Counted from the first letter of the stretch, positions 37,100-48,306 are shown. The stretch is DNA of 64,000 nucleotides from an uncultured Nitrososphaeraceae archaeon (GCA_963779615.1 CAVZZA010000005.1:320001-384000); one strand, 5' to 3'. The notes: generated by a model from the letters alone, not told the origin. A program made the numbers and translations.

Positions 37100-37804
37100 T
37101 ATTTTTACTGCACAATCAAATTTATACAAGGCCAACAGGAGTCCAAAAAACTCGGCGGTCGCAAGAATCAAAATATTAGCGAACTTCAAATTCAAGACTA
37201 TAAAATAGCGGACAATTTAGCAAATACCAAAAGTCGTGTAATTAAATAAATCTAAAAATAGAAACACCATGTCAACACACAAAATTATTTATCATCTCTA
37301 TTCTATTACTACTGCCACAACCTTATTTTATTCAGCCATCAATGCAGATCGACAGGAATAGCGGCAAAAATTACATGTATCTTTTTTACTAAAAGTTTAT
37401 AGCTTAGTTTTTTCATATGATTTTGAGCGCAGAAGTAGCTTCCATGGTTACTATTTCTGTATCCAAAAAAGTCATTATTATCATAACATGTGGAATGCTA
37501 AAACCAAACCACATGTTATTTTTATCATTCATTCAATCCAGAAATTTGTCAAAATTACAAAATTTAAATATTTAAAGGAGTCTACAATCATATTTTCCTC
37601 CATTTCTTGTTAATTTAATTATCCAGGCAATGCAATATGCTCAATTACAAATAATGCAGGGTGAAACATATTTTTGGTTCTTGACTGTAGTGAAATCGCA
37701 TATTATGCAGATATCGAGTTAACAATAATCAATAACATCGACTAGACCTCCATTTTGTTTGTTGTTGTTGTTGTTATAGGTATCATTATTCCGCCATCTC
37801 ACAG

Positions 37805-39262
37805 TTAATCTGTCATATCAGGCGACAGCTCTGGCGGTAAAGGCCTTGCCGCCACGTTTAAGCCCAAATCCGCATACTGCCCATCCCTGTACACAGTCAA
37901 GGTCACCGTGTCGCCTGGTTTGGTGTGCTGATCGATGTACGTAATCAACTCGTCTGTTTTTGTTATGTTTTGCTTGTCGAGTGCCGTGATAACATCGCCA
38001 CCATGCTTTTCACCATAATAGTCCGTTACGGCACCGCGCAGCCCTGCCTTGTCGGCAGGCCCATCCTTCACAATTGTGTTGACATACACCCCCCTGAAGG
38101 TCTTTGACAGGTTCTCAAACTGTGGTGTGACATCGGAAGTCAATGTGACGCCACTAAGCCCCAGATAAGGGTGGGTAAAGTTTCCATCCTGTATGAGGAC
38201 AGGCGTCTCTTTAGTGATGGTGTTGGAGGAGATTGCAAATCCCACCCCACTATATAATCCGGCGGTGTTCATTCCAATGACCTGCCCCTTGATGTTCAGC
38301 AAGGGACCTCCAGAATTGCCCGGGTTTATGGATGCGTCAGTTTGAACGACATCGGGGATGGAGTAGCCGGCATCCTCTGGAAGCAAGCGGCCGGTTTGGC
38401 TGACTATGCCCGTTGTCATGGTATTGTCCAAACCGTAGGGGTTTCCAATTGCTATCACCTGGTCACCGATCTCAAGGTTGGATGAGTTGGCAATGTCAAG
38501 TGGGGCAAGGGGTTTGGTCAGATTCTCTATGATTTTCAAAACGGCCAAATCACTAAACGGGTCTTTGCCCGCCACTGACGCGGTGTACCTGTTCCCATCT
38601 GTGAATGTGACATCAAAGACCTTGGCCTTGCTAACCACATGGTTGTTGGTAATTATGTGCCCCTCGCCATCATATATAAAGCCAGAACCCAATGCAGTAA
38701 CATTTTGGCCACTGCCCGGAATGGAGGGATCTGCCGGAGGCGAGGACACCTTGCTTGTAATCTGAACCACAGAATTTTGCACACTCTCAAATATCGAGTT
38801 CAAGTGGCGGCTTTGCAAATTGAACAAATCAGCAACATCGGAGGCGTTGGAGGCGCTGGAGGAGCTGGATATGTTGGAGGCGTTGGATATGTTGGAGGCG
38901 TTGGATATGTTGGAGGCGTTGGATATGTTGGAGGCGTTGGATATGTTGGAGGCGTTGGATATGTTGGAGGCGTTGGAGTCCAGGTTTTGCCGAGGTTGCT
39001 GCTGCATATGCTGCGATTGCGAGGGTAATTGAGTAGAGGCTGCAGCAGATTGAAAAGGTGACGATGATAATGATGATAATGATGATAATGATGAGGTGGC
39101 TGGAGTGGTGGAGGAGGCAAGGTTTGGGTATGCCACTGCCATTGCTACTGACAACATAATCACCAGAAAAAACAATGTCAAAGGTGACATTACGAAATGG
39201 TGGGTATTGTTCATACCAGGTTTTAATGCTATGACTCTTATAGAAGTTACTGCCATAGTCAC
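37805..39262 (-). CDS. HtrA/DegP-like serine protease with PDZ domain (copy 2)
   Basis: Near-identical to 28579-30000; catalytic H/D/S motifs intact. Confidence 0.93.
   Translation of the reverse strand: MTMAVTSIRVIALKPGMNNTHHFVMSPLTLFFLVIMLSVAMAVAYPNLASSTTPATSSLSSLSSLSSSPFQSAAASTQLPSQSQHMQQQPRQNLDSNASNISNASNISNASNISNASNISNASNISNASNISSSSSASNASDVADLFNLQSRHLNSIFESVQNSVVQITSKVSSPPADPSIPGSGQNVTALGSGFIYDGEGHIITNNHVVSKAKVFDVTFTDGNRYTASVAGKDPFSDLAVLKIIENLTKPLAPLDIANSSNLEIGDQVIAIGNPYGLDNTMTTGIVSQTGRLLPEDAGYSIPDVVQTDASINPGNSGGPLLNIKGQVIGMNTAGLYSGVGFAISSNTITKETPVLIQDGNFTHPYLGLSGVTLTSDVTPQFENLSKTFRGVYVNTIVKDGPADKAGLRGAVTDYYGEKHGGDVITALDKQNITKTDELITYIDQHTKPGDTVTLTVYRDGQYADLGLNVAARPLPPELSPDMTD
38867..38974 (-). 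repeat. 18-bp tandem repeat x6 encoding NASNIS
   Basis: GGATATGTTGGAGGCGTT x6 on the + strand. Confidence 0.92.
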
Positions 39263-39597
39263 AGCAAAAGATTATCAGGATTATTTTCCATTTTCGATAT
39301 ATTTTTATCCAGATTAATATTGCTCTATAAGTTACGCTCTAAAGCCATTACTTGGATTAGAAAAATAGATCAAATAGACAACAGATATTTTTTAGTATCC
39401 CAATGTATTGTTTGATGGGACTTCATTTTTTTATTTCAAAGCGTTAATTATACATTCTTATTTTTAACAAACTTTTTACTCAAGAATTGAGAATATGAAT
39501 ATTTAAATTTTTTAAAACATCACATAGAAATCGAAAGGTAAGAGGCAGGGTGCCATGCCGCATAAGAGTGGCTTCCCCTTTTCAAGAAATGATTTTA

Positions 39598-40279
39598 CTA
39601 ATTTCTTTTGCTATTGTTAGATTGTGTAATAAATCCTGAGCCGGCATTGGCATTAATACCAGTGCTAACATTTGAATTGTTCCTGCGGACATCTTGTACT
39701 GATGTGGTCAAATCTTTAAAGTTTTGCTCAAATGTTTTTGCTGTGTTAATGCTCAAGTTGGACAGGTGTTTTGAATTATCCTTTGCCTGTTGCATCACTG
39801 ATTGACATGAATCCAAGTTTGAGAATATAATGTTGTTTGCAAGTCTGATTGCGGATACAGCGTTATCTGCAAAATTGCTGACAAAACTGGCGTATGCCTT
39901 GGCTATGGAGTTTGCGGATGCAAAGCTGAGTTATCATGCCATTGTAATTTTCATTATATCGTTTCCATGCTAAATTGAGTGAGTTGATGATTTCTTTTTG
40001 TGAGTCAATGTAATCCTCTGAAATCTCTCTTGCTGTTTGGAGTGATTGCTCCTGATAGCTGTTTACAATGCTGTTGATTCTTGGAATCTGATTCTTGGAC
40101 TCGTCTAGGGATTTTCTTATGTTGTCTTTGGCCTCGTCAAATGACCTGTTGACTGTTTCTTTGAAATCATTGGTATTGGTATCAGTGTAATTGTTATTGG
40201 AATAGCCTGTATTAGTTGTGGAGGTAGTAGTAGATGGAGTAGTGTTTGTAATATCGGAGGTATCGAGTTTCTTTGACAT
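39598..40279 (-). pseudogene. frameshifted paralogue of 57667-58305 (amphipathic helical, phasin/apolipoprotein-like)
   Basis: ORFs 39863-40279 and 39598-39816 join into a full homologue with one extra base near 39927. Confidence 0.8.
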
Positions 40280-40811
40280 AGAATTATGTTCGTTACCGCA
40301 CTATTCAAACAATGGTATTTTCTGGATTTTAATGCCGAATAAAGCCATAACAAATCAAAATGCAACAAGTAGATGAATATCGTATAAAATTTTCACGAAT
40401 AAAGCCCTTATTGTGCGTAATCAAAAACTTTCTTTTTTATTGAAATGCAAATTGTTTTGGCAATACAAAAATATAACAAAAAACATTTTCTGGCTAATAC
40501 AATATAGCATCATGTTTGCGTAGTAAACACAAAATTCAGGTTATTTTAGTGCAAGTAAACAACAAGCAATTCCTTATGCGACTAGAGCATTAGGTAATAT
40601 TATATATTCTATGAGAGGTTTGTGCAATTTTCAAAGCAGGATGTCATTATGCTGCGGCATAATGATGAGTTCACCCAACAATCCAAAGTACAAAGGCGAA
40701 AGAAATGAAATTTGAGCATTCATTTAATCACCTGACATGGAAAAAATATGTTTTTCAGAGTGGCAAAGTGTCCCCTTGTATTGATATTGTGATCCTCGGC
40801 TCTATAGCAAT

Positions 40812-40988
40812 CTAGTAATCGTCTTTTTTTATAAATTTTTTATAGGCCCAATACCCAACTACAGCTATAATTGCCAATACAATAAATCCTATAAAAAAAG
40901 AGACAAGTATTTTTATTATAAATGCTATAATTGCAACTACTACTATCAATACAATTATACCAATAATAATATTGCCGATCATCTTCAT
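40812..40988 (-). CDS. small two-TM membrane protein (58 aa)
   Basis: Hand-translated MKMIGNIIIGIIVLIVVVAIIAFIIKILVSFFIGFIVLAIIAVVGYWAYKKFIKKDDY. Confidence 0.7.
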   Translation of the reverse strand: MKMIGNIIIGIIVLIVVVAIIAFIIKILVSFFIGFIVLAIIAVVGYWAYKKFIKKDDY

Positions 40989-41432
40989 CCATAATTTAAG
41001 GTTTCATATATTTTTTCTTATCCTACTGATGCCAATTACCAATCCTAATTTTGGTATAGCGAAAAAAGCAAATTATAAAAAATATTTTTTAGCATGTTTA
41101 GTTTAATCATTCGATTTTTTGAAAAACTCCAATTTTTTTGTTTTCGCAAAAGCATTTATCGTTACCAAATCAATTAGACACTAGAAAAATGAGGCAAAGT
41201 TTACAAAATTATGATTTAGGCATCCGTTGCAACTGCAAAGTATTTGGGCTTTGGAGCAATGATAAAGAAACCTAAATTTGAATGCTTAAAAAGCATGCAT
41301 AAAGCATACAGACTAACAAAAATTCTATAGACCGCAACCGGAGGGAATGCAACATTGTTTGTGTCCAATTCCCTATCTAATGCCCATCTAATGCGATTAC
41401 CTATTTTTAGTCGGCCTAATGCAAAGTCTTCT

Positions 41433-42452
41433 CTACAATGCCGCATCCTTCTTTGCCAACCTATGTACAGGCGGCAGAATTTTCTCCAGGTCTTTTCTAT
41501 CGGGTTCGTACCACGGCGGCAACACAAGACGTGTGCCTAGTTCTTCAGCTCTTTCGTCAACAGTGAAACCCGGGGTGTTTGTAGCAATTTCAAAAAGAAT
41601 ACCCCCAGGTTCACGAAAGTATACAGAATGAAAGTAAAACCTGTCTATAACGGGTGTTGCATTCAATCCAGCCCTGACTACACCCTGTCGCAATACCTTT
41701 TGTTGTCCATCAGTCGGAGTGCGCCACGCTACATGATGCACCGACCCAACCCCTATGTCAGCCTTTTGATTATAAGGTATACAAAGAACATCAACAATAT
41801 TTGCACCCCCTATTTCTTTTTCCTCCACTTGCGTTTCGGAGGAGGATTTTGGTATTTCGTATCGAAATCGGTTTCCACTATGGTGTGTGGGCACAAATCC
41901 CAACTCATCGGTCAGGACAGAGGCAGTTTGCTCGTATCCTTCTTCTGCAAGGGTTACTGAATAAAAGCCCCGTATAGCATTATCAACAGGTATGGGGCCT
42001 TCTTTCCATATATTACCGGCTCTACCTTTTGCGGATTTATGGGCAATCAGTTCCAACTGCAGGCCATCAGGGTCATTAAGGGTTATTACCCGCTCATCAT
42101 CAAAACGTTCGTAAGGCCCGCCAAACTCTATCCGATAACTCTTTAGCCTGTCCATCCAATAGTTTAGAGAATTCTCCGGAATAAGGAAGGCTGTCGAACC
42201 TACCTCACTTGTTCCACGGCGCCCTTTGGGCAGGAATGGCCAATGGAAAAAGGTAAGACATGTGCCGGGCCGTCCAAGCTCATCGCCATAATAGAGATGG
42301 TATGAGGATGGATCATCCTGGTTTACAGTCAGTTTTACGAAACGAAGTCCAAGAATATTCGAATAAAAATCAATGTTTTTGTTTGGATCACTGGTAACAG
42401 CAGTGACATGGTGTATTCCAAAAATACCTTTGTTTTTGCCTTTGTCCATCAA
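41433..42452 (-). CDS. ring-cleaving dioxygenase, VOC/glyoxalase family (MhqO-like)
   Basis: GIHHVTA, TVNQDDP..YHLYYGD, VHHVAWR, DRFYFHSVYFREPGGILFEIAT. Confidence 0.93.
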   Translation of the reverse strand: MMDKGKNKGIFGIHHVTAVTSDPNKNIDFYSNILGLRFVKLTVNQDDPSSYHLYYGDELGRPGTCLTFFHWPFLPKGRRGTSEVGSTAFLIPENSLNYWMDRLKSYRIEFGGPYERFDDERVITLNDPDGLQLELIAHKSAKGRAGNIWKEGPIPVDNAIRGFYSVTLAEEGYEQTASVLTDELGFVPTHHSGNRFRYEIPKSSSETQVEEKEIGGANIVDVLCIPYNQKADIGVGSVHHVAWRTPTDGQQKVLRQGVVRAGLNATPVIDRFYFHSVYFREPGGILFEIATNTPGFTVDERAEELGTRLVLPPWYEPDRKDLEKILPPVHRLAKKDAAL

Positions 42453-42679
42453 ATGCTCATCCTCATTGAATTACAATCTATATGATCGTTGATTACTCAT
42501 AAACATTATATCCGCGCCACCATTGACAAGCACGCGAAAAAAATTAAATGCCTGCAATTCCGTTAAGTTAAGAAAGGACTTGTATCAAATTCATTTGAAA
42601 TCTTCCAAATAACTTGCCTTGTTCACATTTACCTTGGAAAATTTCCTTGAGCCAAAAAAAATGCATTATTGCCCTATGC

Positions 42680-43172
42680 TATTTACGGCTGTAGCATTTA
42701 AAGTGAAAGTCACATTATATAGACTGCTATGAGTGCTGTGTGCTAAAATACCGCTTCCGTTAAACTACACAGACCCTTCGGTCACATTCTTTAAAAGCGT
42801 AACTGGTAAAAGTTTTTTGCCACCGGATTCCCAGACCCTTATCGTTGTGTTTGCATTTTGTTTTCCGGTCACATCTTCAAACGAAATCACATCCGCCGGT
42901 TTGGAGGAGTTAAAAGTGACTGTTCCGGCATATGTCACGCCATCACCAGAGTTCTGAAACTTACTATTTGCTGAAACTTGTGTCCTTTCGCATCATTAGG
43001 TATTGATGCCTGAGTTTGATTTAGTTGCTGTTGCTGTTGCTGTTATTGTGCTTGTACGTTGTTGTATTCTGTCGTCAGTGCAACGCCCAAGGCAATGGTC
43101 GTCCCTGCGATCAACATTATTCACAAGCCAAATGCAAGAGTCTATTCTGGAAAAACCTTTTGTGTTTTCATT
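42680..43172 (-). pseudogene. decayed secreted-protein gene
   Basis: Signal-like start, then PNDAKGH...FQNSGDGVTYAGTVTFNSSKPADV...GILAHST with stops and frameshifts; boundaries approximate. Confidence 0.45.
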
Positions 43173-43274
43173 TAATTGGATAGGATAATTTTGTGATTAA
43201 AGCATTTCTGATTGAGATGGCTATTATGTCATCATAAATATCACAACATATCGCTATTCCCAATGAAAAAAGAA

Positions 43275-43388
43275 TCACTTTTTTGTAAAGAACCGGAGTG
43301 CTATCAAAAAGACCACTACCGATATGATGAGTGTTACAATAATTACAACAAGTGATGAAATTGTATAAATCAAGTCCACAACAGTCAA
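43275..43388 (-). CDS. putative single-TM micro-protein (37 aa)
   Basis: TTG start: MTVVDLIYTISSLVVIIVTLIISVVVFLIALRFFTKK. Confidence 0.45.
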   Translation of the reverse strand: MTVVDLIYTISSLVVIIVTLIISVVVFLIALRFFTKK

Positions 43389-44403
43389 TTAAGTTTTACA
43401 TTCTATTTATGTTCTCTATTCGCTATTTTGATTATCCTTATCTTTGTATTACCATGTGTGAATTTAATTTCAATAACATAATTCAAAACCTGCCTAAAAT
43501 AGAAAGAAATGCAGGCTAACAATCACCAATAACATGCACCCAATACCCACCAGCAGAAAAGTCCAAAACATCACCACAAAGTGTTAGATTAGTTACAGGA
43601 TTAAGCTATTGCGTTTATTACCTGATTGGAGTTTCAGGAACTCCAAAGATCACCCATTCTTTTCCCATTACGGTTATTTGATGCCATTGTGTATGCGTTC
43701 GACTGAAACCAATGGAAAATTCCACCAAGAGAATACGATTGTGACAGCATGTCAAAGATTTCAACAAGAGGTGGCAACTAGCAACATGCAATAGCAAAAA
43801 AGGAATCAATCAGCATTACAAATACTTGTTGAAAGCACAACAATAAAGTCACCTTTGGGAAAAACGGCAAGCAATTATCCTGAATAGAAGCAACAGGGGG
43901 ATAAGGAAAACATGTATAACATAACAAAATGGCATTGGCCTTTCTAAAGCTTTTACAATATCAGATAATGCTTCCCCCTGACATTGGGGATACATACACC
44001 TCATAAACAACACAAAAGACACAGAAAGACAAAACGCACCAAGAAAGATATCCTGGCAGACGTTTGTTTGTAAAGGGAGAACTATTCATGATACCGTGAT
44101 GGCTTACGAAACCTTTTGCAAGATCAAATAGAAAGAGGAGAATTATTTTAATTTAGCAAACTCACCAAGCTGTATAGCATTTGTAGGAAAGATTATTTGT
44201 ATATGTTTTTGACAAATGTGACATTTTGCATCATCAGCTAAACACCTTCGTCATGTTTAAAGCGTGACAGCATTAATCCCAAACTTTGAAGCTCAGGAAG
44301 ATACTGAAGAATTATCATGTAAAAATAAAAAAATAAATTGCCGCACAAAAAAGAATATTTTTAATGCCTGTGTTAGTTGGAGAAAGGAACTATTGTCATA
44401 AAA

Positions 44404-44649
44404 CTATTTTGAATTAACTACTAAAGAATTCGACTGAGTGTTTGAAGCTTCAGTGTTCAATCCATTAGCACTAGTCTGTCCCTTGCTGATTTGTATTATA
44501 ATTGTGTTCCCGTCGCCTGAAACGCCGTCTTTGTCCTTGTGTTTGTCGCCTGACGCGTATGACGATGGTGCTGCAATCAATGAGCCTGTTACCAAGACTG
44601 ATGCCGCGAAGATGGCGATTAATCCCAGTATCGTTTTTGAGTTAATCAT
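44404..44649 (-). CDS. small secreted protein, array member A (81 aa)
   Basis: Signal peptide, SYASGDKHKDKDGVSGDGNT, then unique C-terminus; start chosen from the conserved upstream TATA spacing. Confidence 0.85.
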   Translation of the reverse strand: MINSKTILGLIAIFAASVLVTGSLIAAPSSYASGDKHKDKDGVSGDGNTIIIQISKGQTSANGLNTEASNTQSNSLVVNSK

Positions 44650-44815
44650 ATTGTGATATTCAGTTACATTTCCATACATATAGCAAGTGAGGTACCTGAT
44701 ACTGCAAAATATATCTGTTTTATTAACATGAAAACATAAACATTGAAGGAAAAGCCCGCAAAGCAACAAAAATATACCTATATCCACAGGTTAAAAAGGC
44801 TTTGATTTTAAAACG

Positions 44816-45483
44816 GGCTCTGTTAACTTAAGAAAAAGACTATAGTCGCGATTATGCCATAAACAATATTGACATACAGAAGGCAGAGAACCAAACCGAA
44901 AGATGTTGCCTATTCCCTATATCTTTACTTCCTGGGTCTCTCTTGTAGAAGCACCGCAAAGGCGTTGAAGCGATTTGTGAAAAGGAGCCATGTATCAGTC
45001 TGGAAATGGATCCAGAAATACAGGCCAAAGAGGCTATCAACCAGGAGAAAAAAGATTAATGGATACATTGTTGACGAAACCCAGATTAAGGTTGGCTCCC
45101 AATGCATATGGCTTTGGGTTGCAATTGAGCCAAAACACAGGGAAATTCTTCAGATTGATGTGTCAGTTGAAAGAGCAATGCTAGTTGCCGAGAGATTTAT
45201 TGCGTCTCTGGTAGATGGGTATGGAAAACATCCAGTTTCCACCGATGGGGGAACTTGGTATCCGCAAGCATGCAGGTTCCTGAAACTGAAACATCATTTG
45301 CATTCCTCATTGGAGAAAAGCTTGATAGAAAGGGCGATGCAGTACATCAAGGACAGGACAGAAGGATTTGATGACTACTTTCCATGCCGAAAAAAGAAAT
45401 GCAAACTAAAGCATGTAAAACAATGGTTGAACCTGTTTGCTTATTACCACAATAGGGGAATAATCTCTTAAGTTAACAGAGCC
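44816..45483 (+). mobile_element. IS6-family insertion sequence (copy 2)
   Basis: Same TIRs as copy 1; 8-bp TSD TTAAAACG (44808-44815 and 45484-45491). Confidence 0.95.
44869..45471 (+). CDS. IS6-family transposase
   Basis: Identical to 31372-31974 except one L/R change. Confidence 0.92.
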   Translation: MTYRRQRTKPKDVAYSLYLYFLGLSCRSTAKALKRFVKRSHVSVWKWIQKYRPKRLSTRRKKINGYIVDETQIKVGSQCIWLWVAIEPKHREILQIDVSVERAMLVAERFIASLVDGYGKHPVSTDGGTWYPQACRFLKLKHHLHSSLEKSLIERAMQYIKDRTEGFDDYFPCRKKKCKLKHVKQWLNLFAYYHNRGIIS

Positions 45484-45640
45484 TTAAAACGCTACCGACT
45501 CCTTTGAATATCGGTATTTAATAATTTGGTTTGTTTTAAATAATTAGGTTTTTAAATCAGGAAAAAATAAAAATGGCGGCAGTGAGAAACTGCCAATGTG
45601 TTTTTTGTTGAAAGAATTTGTTTCTATCGAGTTAAACTAT

Positions 45641-45916
45641 TTATGGTATAAAAGGGACGTCATTAACACATTCTCCACCCTTAAATGCGATACAGTTGCT
45701 TTGCTCGTTGTCTGCGTCAACATCCCATCCACCTACAGGCTGCTTGTTTATGTTCTTGAAGTTGAGGTTGGTGTTCCCGTCGCCTGAAACGCCGTCTTTG
45801 TCCTTGTGTTTGTCGCCTGACGCGTATGACGATGGTGCTGCAATCAATGAGCCTGTTACCAAGACTGATGCTGCGAATATGGCGATTATACTTAAACTTG
45901 TTTTTGAACTAATCAT
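45641..45916 (-). CDS. small secreted protein, array member B (91 aa)
   Basis: Same leader and constant segment; C-terminus NLNFKN...NCIAFKGGEC. Confidence 0.85.
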   Translation of the reverse strand: MISSKTSLSIIAIFAASVLVTGSLIAAPSSYASGDKHKDKDGVSGDGNTNLNFKNINKQPVGGWDVDADNEQSNCIAFKGGECVNDVPFIP

Positions 45917-46403
45917 ATTGTGATATTCAGGTATACTTTTATGCATATATAAGGTGAGTTTCCTGATACTGCAAAACATATCTGTATTATTTATATGAAA
46001 AAGTGTTTTTTATACCATAAATAAGAAACATGGGTTACTGTTAAGCATTTAGGTTAGTACACCTTTTCAACGTTAGGGCATTGTTCATCAATTGAAGATT
46101 TTGTAATCGAATGGTTTCGTAGTGATAATGTAAGGTATCGTAATACTGAAACAGATAGGCGACAATGAATTAGTAACTTTTCTTTAAATCAACGATTTAC
46201 AATAAGATTAGGATATATTATTTGCTGTGTGTTTAATACAAATAAGTAATACTATTTGGCAATTTTCTTCCCTCGAAGTTATTAATAAGAAGAAAAAATT
46301 GTAAAGATTTTTGAGCGACATAAAAAAATGGAAAATGATAGGCGCATGGAGAAAAAGCAGGATCCTCCCATAGAGGATTATTAGTTAACCCCCTAGCCAG
46401 AAT

Positions 46404-46664
46404 TTAGCAAGATGCAAGCTTAAAAGTTAAGCAGTTTTTTTGCGTGTTTGTTGCTGTAACGTCAGAGCCACTAGCTTTGGCCTCTCCTTTGCTGATTTGT
46501 ATAGTAATTGTGTTCCCGTCGCCTGAAACGCCGTCTTTGTCCTTGCTTTTATCCTTGTGGCCTCCGCCTGACGCGTATGAAGGTGTCGCGAGTAGTACTC
46601 CCGTTACCAAGACTGATGCTGCGAATATGGCGATTATACTTAAACTTGTTTTTGAGTTAATCAT
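46404..46664 (-). CDS. small secreted protein, array member C (86 aa)
   Basis: Same leader; C-terminus ITIQISKG...NCLTFKLASC. Confidence 0.85.
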   Translation of the reverse strand: MINSKTSLSIIAIFAASVLVTGVLLATPSYASGGGHKDKSKDKDGVSGDGNTITIQISKGEAKASGSDVTATNTQKNCLTFKLASC

Positions 46665-46966
46665 ATTGTGATATTCAGTTGTACTTTTATGTATATATAG
46701 GAAGTGAGTTTCCTGATACTGCAAAACATATCTATTTAATCGACATAGAAAAAACTACAGATATGTTGGTAAAATAATTGCACTGTAATTAGCGCAGGCG
46801 TAAGTAGTTTATTGCGCTTCCAAAATTGTTGTGTTTATAGCCCATCAAGGGATATACATAATAATTAAAATCAAAAATTAAAAAAGACAGGTATCTATAA
46901 AAAGAATATTGTTGCAACAGCAAAAAGCTGCCAAGTGTTTTTTTGTGGCTATAAAATACTTTTTAG

Positions 46967-47257
46967 TTATCCACCAATTCCACCAATGAGGCCAAGATCT
47001 AAGCCCAGTTCACAGGCTGCAAGCTTGAAGGTTAGACAGTTGCTTTGGTCATTTGGTGCCTCATTGTCAAATCCACTGATAATTGGCTTGTTCGAATTCT
47101 TGAACTTGAGGTTGGTGTTCCCGTCGCCTGAAACGCCGTCTTTGTCCTTGTGTTTGTCGCCTGACGCGTATGAAGGTGCTGCAATCAATGAGCCTGTTAC
47201 CAAGACTGATGCTGCGAATATGGCGATTATACTTAAACTTGTTTTTGAACTAATCAT
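46967..47257 (-). CDS. small secreted protein, array member D (96 aa)
   Basis: Same leader; C-terminus NLKFKN...NCLTFKLAAC plus Gly/Leu tail. Confidence 0.85.
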   Translation of the reverse strand: MISSKTSLSIIAIFAASVLVTGSLIAAPSYASGDKHKDKDGVSGDGNTNLKFKNSNKPIISGFDNEAPNDQSNCLTFKLAACELGLDLGLIGGIGG

Positions 47258-47325
47258 ATTGTGATATTCAGGTATACTTTTATGCATATATAAGGTGAGT
47301 TTCCTGATACTGCAAAACATATCTA
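47258..47325 (-). promoter_or_regulatory. conserved promoter block repeated before all four array genes (also ~44650-44716, 45917-45983, 46665-46733)
   Basis: AGATATGTTTTGCAGTATCAGGAAACTCACCTTATATATG...CTGAATATCACAAT-ATG; TATA-like element ~27 nt before ATG implies leaderless mRNA. Confidence 0.7.
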
Positions 47326-47850
47326 TTAGATTAGCATGGAAAAAAATTTCAGATAAAATGTTGACAATAACTTTATTTTTATAATTAAAACTAATTTGTA
47401 TTACAAATTCTGTCAGTCATTGTTATATAAAAAAAGATTGAGACAACGTTTTTTAGTGACTTTGAAAAACCTGGTCTATAACTATATGTGACACATCAGT
47501 TTAATACAGAGTAACGTTTTCTTATCATATGGCTAATGATTAAACATAACCAATTTAGGAAAGTTTACTTCATGATAAGATGGATTTCCGGATCCAAATC
47601 ATAATTAAAGCAAATATTATAGAATGTATTTAAACTACAGAATTACATAAAAAGGTTTTTGAAGACACCTATCTTCACTAACGACAGATGATTACATTTT
47701 TTCAATGTTACCAATGATGGGTTTGGTCTCAATCATAACCTTCGTGTTGTCATGGTGACATAGCAAAACCTGTTCCTTTGACATCCCCATACAGTAATTC
47801 AAATATGAGATCAAGGCGACTCAATCTTACTCTGGGAAAAACCGGTAAGA

Positions 47851-48306
47851 TCACTTGCATTCATCACTTCCATGTTTGCAAAAGGCCTTCACACCTAGTC
47901 CCAATACACTGGCCGCAATTGGTGCAACAATCATAGTAGAGCTTGTTGGAAGTTTTAATTGGCTCATTATCATGGTCACAATGGATGTTCCTGAAGGGTT
48001 CGTTTCCGTTTCAATTTTCTTGCGGATTGTACCATTTGGATTACACAACTCTTCATGCAAAACGTCAGCATATGCAATCCAAATTGACCTGCCATCAGGA
48101 TAAGTTCGATTATATACTAGATCCACCTCGTACAAACTAGGCATAACCAAATCCAAATCACCGCCGGATCTTCGATAATTTATTAGAATTTCCTCAAGTT
48201 TATAGTAGATTGCACTCAAGTTACCATTAGAATTACGAACCTTAAGTGCAAGTTGTTCAGCAAGCTCGCCTGCCTTCTCAATGTCAGATTGAATCAATTT
48301 AATCAC
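47851..48306 (-). CDS. hypothetical protein
   Basis: 151-aa ORF with coding-like composition. Confidence 0.65.
   Translation of the reverse strand: MIKLIQSDIEKAGELAEQLALKVRNSNGNLSAIYYKLEEILINYRRSGGDLDLVMPSLYEVDLVYNRTYPDGRSIWIAYADVLHEELCNPNGTIRKKIETETNPSGTSIVTMIMSQLKLPTSSTMIVAPIAASVLGLGVKAFCKHGSDECK

Noticed and set aside
44404-47320. RiPP precursor cluster; also the longer upstream starts in the ORF track
   Set aside because: No modifying enzyme, peptidase or ABC exporter is adjacent and the leaders are Sec-type; the upstream extensions overlap the conserved TATA block and differ in frame between copies
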